Positions 59,860 through 64,000 of a stretch of 64,000 nt of DNA are shown here, piece by piece (position 1 is the first letter of the stretch; the number at the start of each line of letters is the position of its first letter). The stretch covers positions 1,600,001 to 1,664,000 of the forward strand of contig CBDESU010000002.1 in assembly GCA_965242695.1 (NCBI GenBank). Reading direction: 5' to 3'. This DNA is from Cenarchaeum sp. (lineage in GTDB: Archaea > Thermoproteota > Nitrososphaeria > Nitrososphaerales > Nitrosopumilaceae). Both the position numbers and the translations under genes were made by a program. The notes below the pieces were generated by a model. The model worked only from the letters and a program-made list of their open reading frames with translations, was not told where the DNA came from and searched no databases.

Positions 59860-61212
59860 CTACGCTAGCGCGCGCTGCGCGAACCGCCCGGCGGCCTCGA
59901 CGAGGGCGCCTATGTCGCCGTCGCCGTGCGCCGCCGACAGGGCCCCCATCTTTCCGGGCAGGAAGAATATGCCATCGCCGGCGATCATCTCAAAGTGGTG
60001 CCTGCGCAGCATCTCCGTGTCGCACGCGGCCGCATCGGACGCGCTCCTCACGGCGGGCCGCCCCTTCCCGCCGCCGGCAGGAGCAAAGTGCGCCATGAAC
60101 AGCGAGCCGGTCCCCGTCACGGCTGCCGACTCGCCTAGGGCGCCGGCGAGCCCGTCGCGCGCGCGCCTGCCCATCGCGCCGAGCCGATCGTACAGGGATC
60201 CGCTCCTGCCAAGCTCGCGCAGCGTCGCCGCGCCGGCTGCCATCGTGACCGGGTTGGCCGAGAACGTGCCGCCGCCGATGTACGAGCGCTCCTCGCGCGG
60301 GGGCCCCGCCGGCCCAGTGTCGCACGCGCGCATCGCCGCATCCGTGCCGCATATGGCCCCGATGGGAAACCCGCCGCCGGCTATCTTGCCGAGCAGGACT
60401 ATATCGGGGTCGAGGCCCATCTCTTCGTACGCGCACCCGTACCGCAGCCTGAACCCCGTCACGATCTCGTCGAGGATGAAGAGGGCGCCGCTGCTGCGCG
60501 CAAACTCCTGCAGGCCCCTCAGGTAGTCCGGCTCGGCCGGGATGCCGCCCCCGCCGCCGAGGACGGGCTCTACGACGATGCAAGCCAGGGTATGGCGGAC
60601 GGACTCTAGCGAGGCGAGCGCCGCGTCCAGGTCGTTGTACGGGACGGACACTACGTGCCCAGAGTCGACGAGCCCCGAGCTCTCGGGCATGTCGTACGGC
60701 CAGTTGACGGTCTTGAGCAGCTCGGACGCGTACCCGTGCCAGCCGCCGTCGACCTTTGCGGCCGTCGGCCGCCCTGTAAGGGACCTTGCCAGGCGGACGG
60801 CGTACATCGCCGCCTCGGTCCCCGTAGACGTGTACCTGATCTTCTCGGCGGCCGGCACCGCAGACCGTATGGCCTCGGACAGGGCCATCGTCGGCTCGCT
60901 TACGGTCCCGTGCATCCACCCCCTCCCGATCTGGTCCGAGACGGCATCGGCGACCTGGCGCGGGGCGTGCCCGAGTATAAGGCTCCAGTGGCCCATCCAG
61001 TAGTCTGTGTACGAGTTGCCGTCGACGTCCGTGATGCGGCTGCCCGACGCGGACCTGGCCACGAACGGGTGCGGCTCGAAGAAGCGTATGTTGTGGTGCA
61101 CGCCGTTCACGTGCAGCTCGCGCGAGCGGGCGAACGCGCGGGCCGACAGCGGCGTGCGCCGCGCGTACTCCGAGGCCGCCTCACCGCCCGCCGCCTTCCC
61201 GATGCCGTCCAT
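59860..61212 (-). CDS. hemL: Glutamate-1-semialdehyde 2,1-aminomutase (class III aminotransferase)
   Basis: [46 protein letters not shown]. Confidence 0.88.
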   Translation of the reverse strand: MDGIGKAAGGEAASEYARRTPLSARAFARSRELHVNGVHHNIRFFEPHPFVARSASGSRITDVDGNSYTDYWMGHWSLILGHAPRQVADAVSDQIGRGWMHGTVSEPTMALSEAIRSAVPAAEKIRYTSTGTEAAMYAVRLARSLTGRPTAAKVDGGWHGYASELLKTVNWPYDMPESSGLVDSGHVVSVPYNDLDAALASLESVRHTLACIVVEPVLGGGGGIPAEPDYLRGLQEFARSSGALFILDEIVTGFRLRYGCAYEEMGLDPDIVLLGKIAGGGFPIGAICGTDAAMRACDTGPAGPPREERSYIGGGTFSANPVTMAAGAATLRELGRSGSLYDRLGAMGRRARDGLAGALGESAAVTGTGSLFMAHFAPAGGGKGRPAVRSASDAAACDTEMLRRHHFEMIAGDGIFFLPGKMGALSAAHGDGDIGALVEAAGRFAQRALA

Positions 61213-61394
61213 GGGCGGCGGCCGCGCCGCCGCAATTTATTCGGCATGTGCGGCCATTCCTCCGCGGCCCACCGCCCGCCCGCCATCTGCGGGCCGCGCG
61301 GATGCCGAGCCTAGGCGCGCCCCCGCCCTGGCCCGCCGCCCGCTCCTACCGAGGACGCGGCTGCACGGCGTCGGGGGCCGCGAGCCCGCCCCCG

Positions 61395-62110
61395 CTATGC
61401 GTAGTAATAGCGGTAGCCGCACATTCCCATGCGCGGGGAGTTGGCGACGGAAAGAAGGTGCGTCTCCTCGCCGTTGTCCCCCTCTGCGTGGCTGTGCTTT
61501 TTTGCGCACGATGCGCACATTAGCGTCTCCCTGTCCTCCCACGAGCAGTTGACGCACAGGCATACGGCCGTCCCCCTGCCGCCGCATACGGTGCAGTCGT
61601 ACGGGATGTCGTCGTTCCTTGCCACGAGCTCGACGTCTCTGGGCTTTATGCCCGCGGCGGGGCACATCGACGCCATCTCGACGAACAGCTCGGTCGTCGT
61701 GCCGTAGTCGTACTCGTAGCGGAGCGAGCCGTACTCTGACACGACCCTGGCCGCGCCGACGTCCATCGTCGCCGTCTCGCGGTCGTCGTAGCCGAAGTCG
61801 TCCATGGTTGGGGACGACTCGTACGACGTATCGCCCGAGCTGAACGAGCTGAGGTGGCCGCAGCAGTCGACCCAGACGTCCCTGAGCAGGCCGTCGAGCG
61901 AGGCAGCGTCGCGCGCGGCCCGATGCGGACGTAGAGCCAGTGCCGTATGGGGCTGTACCCGGTGATCCGCACAAGGCAGGCGCCGCCGCCTGCGGACGGC
62001 GCGGCCCCCTTCTTGCCGGCCTTTTCCCCCAAGTGGCCGAGCAGGTGGCCGCGCATCCTGCGCAGCGTCATGGACTGGCCGCACAGCAGGCAGCTGCCGT
62101 CGGTTGGCAT
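61395..62110 (-). pseudogene. pRiA4b ORF-3/TnpR-like protein with zinc fingers, frameshifted near 61905
   Basis: N-part MPTDGSCLLC...HWLYVRIGPRATL in one frame; LDGLLRDVWVDCCGHLSSF...YEYDYGTTTEL...NSPRMGMCGY in another; 716 nt total. Confidence 0.7.
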
Positions 62111-62356
62111 GGGCCGGCGCCAAGATGCTTCAGTAATAAGCATCGCGCGGGGCGGCGGCGATGCCTGGCATCAGGACGGGGCGGATCGAGGCCGCGCCCG
62201 CATCTGACCGCGCCCGGACCTGGGCCGGCCACATGGAGGAGAACCTTGTGGGCTGCGGTTCAGGGTGCCGCGTAGCGGAACCTGATGCTGGCGATCGGGG
62301 CGGCCCGGCCGCGCCTGCCACCGCTGCCGGCGGGCCACCGCCTGCCGCGATCCGGA

Positions 62357-62965
62357 TCACGTATGTCGCCTGCCGAGGTCGACCACGCGGACGCCGAACA
62401 CCTTGAGGATCATATCTGCAAACGACACAAAGTCGTGGTCGAACGTGAGCAGCTCGACCGCAACACCCCGTTCTGCCCAGTATGCCGCCGTCGAGAGTAT
62501 GAGATGGTCCCCCTCGTTTGCCTCCAGGGTGGGCCGCGTTGCCTTTTTCTCGCGCTTTTCCTTGACGCGACGCCATGCGCCTACCGCGTCGGCCATCCGC
62601 GGGTCGTCCCATGCGGTCTTGTACGTGTCGCCGACCTTCCCTGCGTACTCTCCGCGGTCTTCAATTCCGAAGCGCCCGTGTAGCGATTCGGATATTTCCA
62701 GCACCGCCTTTACGACTTCTTCCCTTGCGTAGTGCGGGGCGTTCGCCGACCTTGCCGCCGACTCGACGGCCCATGCCGCGTTCTCGCGAACCTCGGCTGC
62801 GACCCTATCCGGGATCGCCAGCGCTCCCGACTCTGCCGCGCCGTCCACAGCGGCCACCGCGGCCTCCCGGTTGTGGCGCCGCACCCTGACGATCTGCCCG
62901 TCCTCCCTCCTAGCGTCAAAGTCGATAGCGTACGTGAGGATTACATTCGCATCTGCGATTTTCAC
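62357..62965 (-). CDS. PIN-domain protein
   Basis: IADANVI...EVRE...GDHLIL...LLTFDHDF; GTGA overlap with upstream gene. Confidence 0.75.
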   Translation of the reverse strand: MKIADANVILTYAIDFDARREDGQIVRVRRHNREAAVAAVDGAAESGALAIPDRVAAEVRENAAWAVESAARSANAPHYAREEVVKAVLEISESLHGRFGIEDRGEYAGKVGDTYKTAWDDPRMADAVGAWRRVKEKREKKATRPTLEANEGDHLILSTAAYWAERGVAVELLTFDHDFVSFADMILKVFGVRVVDLGRRHT

Positions 62966-64000
62966 GACTCCGATATCACCTTGAGCATGTCGCGGGCAGC
63001 TTTTTCGGCCTCTACCCTGTCCCACTTGAAGTTCGGTCCATCCTCCCTGGCCTCTGCTATGCCCCTTGACCTGCAGTATCCGACGAACAGCGCGTACATG
63101 TCCTGGATGTCGGGGTACGGCGGGCCCAGCGCATACGTCCTCGGATGCGGCCTCTGGTCGAACACGACGAGCGAGCACAGAGACAGCATGTCCCCCGCCA
63201 AGGCGGCCGCGACGGCCCACTGCTCGCCTGGCGCATCGCGCGCCTGCGAGAGCATGTCGGGTATGCGCCTGGCCATGTGCACTGCCGGGATCGCATGCAC
63301 TTCGCCGAACGCAATGCCGTTGCCGATCTCGCGCTTTATGCGCTCGGCCGTCCCCTTCAGCCCCTCCAGCACTGCGGCGCGTCCGCCGCCTCCGCCTCCA
63401 TCGCCGTCGAACGCGGGCGCCGCGCCCGCGCCGCAGGCCTCTTCCAGGGCGGCATACGCGCCGATCCGGGCCACGCGGCGCGACGATGCGGCGATGCGGG
63501 ATGAGATGCCGCCCTCCTTGTCCAGCCGCTCGCCTAGCCTGCCGATCATGTCGATTCCCCTGTCGGTAAGGTCGTAGTAGTAGGGCCGCTCGCAGAGGAT
63601 GCTGTAACCTAGGATGACATCTTCGACGACAAGGTGGTGGAACCTCTCCATGTCTGCCCCCAGCCCCGCGCAGCCGGGCAGGCGCGACCCCGACGGCGCG
63701 TACAGGTCCAGCCCGCACTCGGCCTGCACGAGCAGCGATGCGGCGCCGAGCTCGGCCCTCGAGCGCACGGTCCCAGATGCCGAGATCACGGACATTGGAA
63801 GGATCAGGCGGAGGGGGACGGTGGCGGGATCGAGCTGCCGCGGGTCCGGCCGCATGCCGGCCTCGAGCGCGCGGGGGACGTGGTAGGGATCTAGCTTGCA
63901 TGCCCGCGCCCGCGCCTCTGCCGACTCTTCGCGGCGGCCGAGGTGATCTAGCACCCTTGCCATGTCGAGCTGGGAGCCGGAATGCCCCGGCTCCTCGTCG
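62962..64000 (-). CDS. TPR-containing hypothetical protein coupled to the PIN gene (5' end probably outside the window)
   Basis: TPR-like ARVLDHLGRREESAEARARACKLDP; wHTH-like YYYDLTDRG. Confidence 0.65.
   Translation of the reverse strand, partial: DEEPGHSGSQLDMARVLDHLGRREESAEARARACKLDPYHVPRALEAGMRPDPRQLDPATVPLRLILPMSVISASGTVRSRAELGAASLLVQAECGLDLYAPSGSRLPGCAGLGADMERFHHLVVEDVILGYSILCERPYYYDLTDRGIDMIGRLGERLDKEGGISSRIAASSRRVARIGAYAALEEACGAGAAPAFDGDGGGGGGRAAVLEGLKGTAERIKREIGNGIAFGEVHAIPAVHMARRIPDMLSQARDAPGEQWAVAAALAGDMLSLCSLVVFDQRPHPRTYALGPPYPDIQDMYALFVGYCRSRGIAEAREDGPNFKWDRVEAEKAARDMLKVISES

Overview
High-GC archaeal DNA, most likely an ammonia-oxidising thaumarchaeon (Nitrososphaerota, Nitrosopumilaceae/Cenarchaeum-like). 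This is inferred from archaeal S4/S13, Rpo12, ABCE1, PINA, a DnaJ-ferredoxin fusion, a CFI-box-CTERM surface protein, a stand-alone 5S rRNA and TATA-box promoters. Most of the window is core genes (cobT, glmS, rps4, rps13, trm5, rli1, pepA, rpo12, 3-hydroxyacyl-CoA dehydrogenase, hemL, a tRNA-CAU). The most striking element is a module present three times: a 191-aa DUF3800-like (RNase H-fold, D-D-D) gene whose stop codon abuts a ~72-nt three-stem structure. The structure shows compensatory base changes and follows two TATA-like boxes at identical spacing in all copies, suggesting a convergently transcribed ncRNA paired with the protein. Two of these modules bracket a glycosyltransferase/radical-SAM/epimerase/sulfotransferase cluster. 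Other points of interest: a PhaR/PhaP-like pair beside an alpha/beta hydrolase, a membrane-anchored PIN protein, two GNAT toxin pairs with minimal antitoxins, a giant NHL-repeat surface protein, and a low-GC nuclease-like pair with an in-frame A-AAA-AAC slippery site. Four single-base frameshifts may be assembly errors. All family calls come from motif recognition by eye, with no database search.
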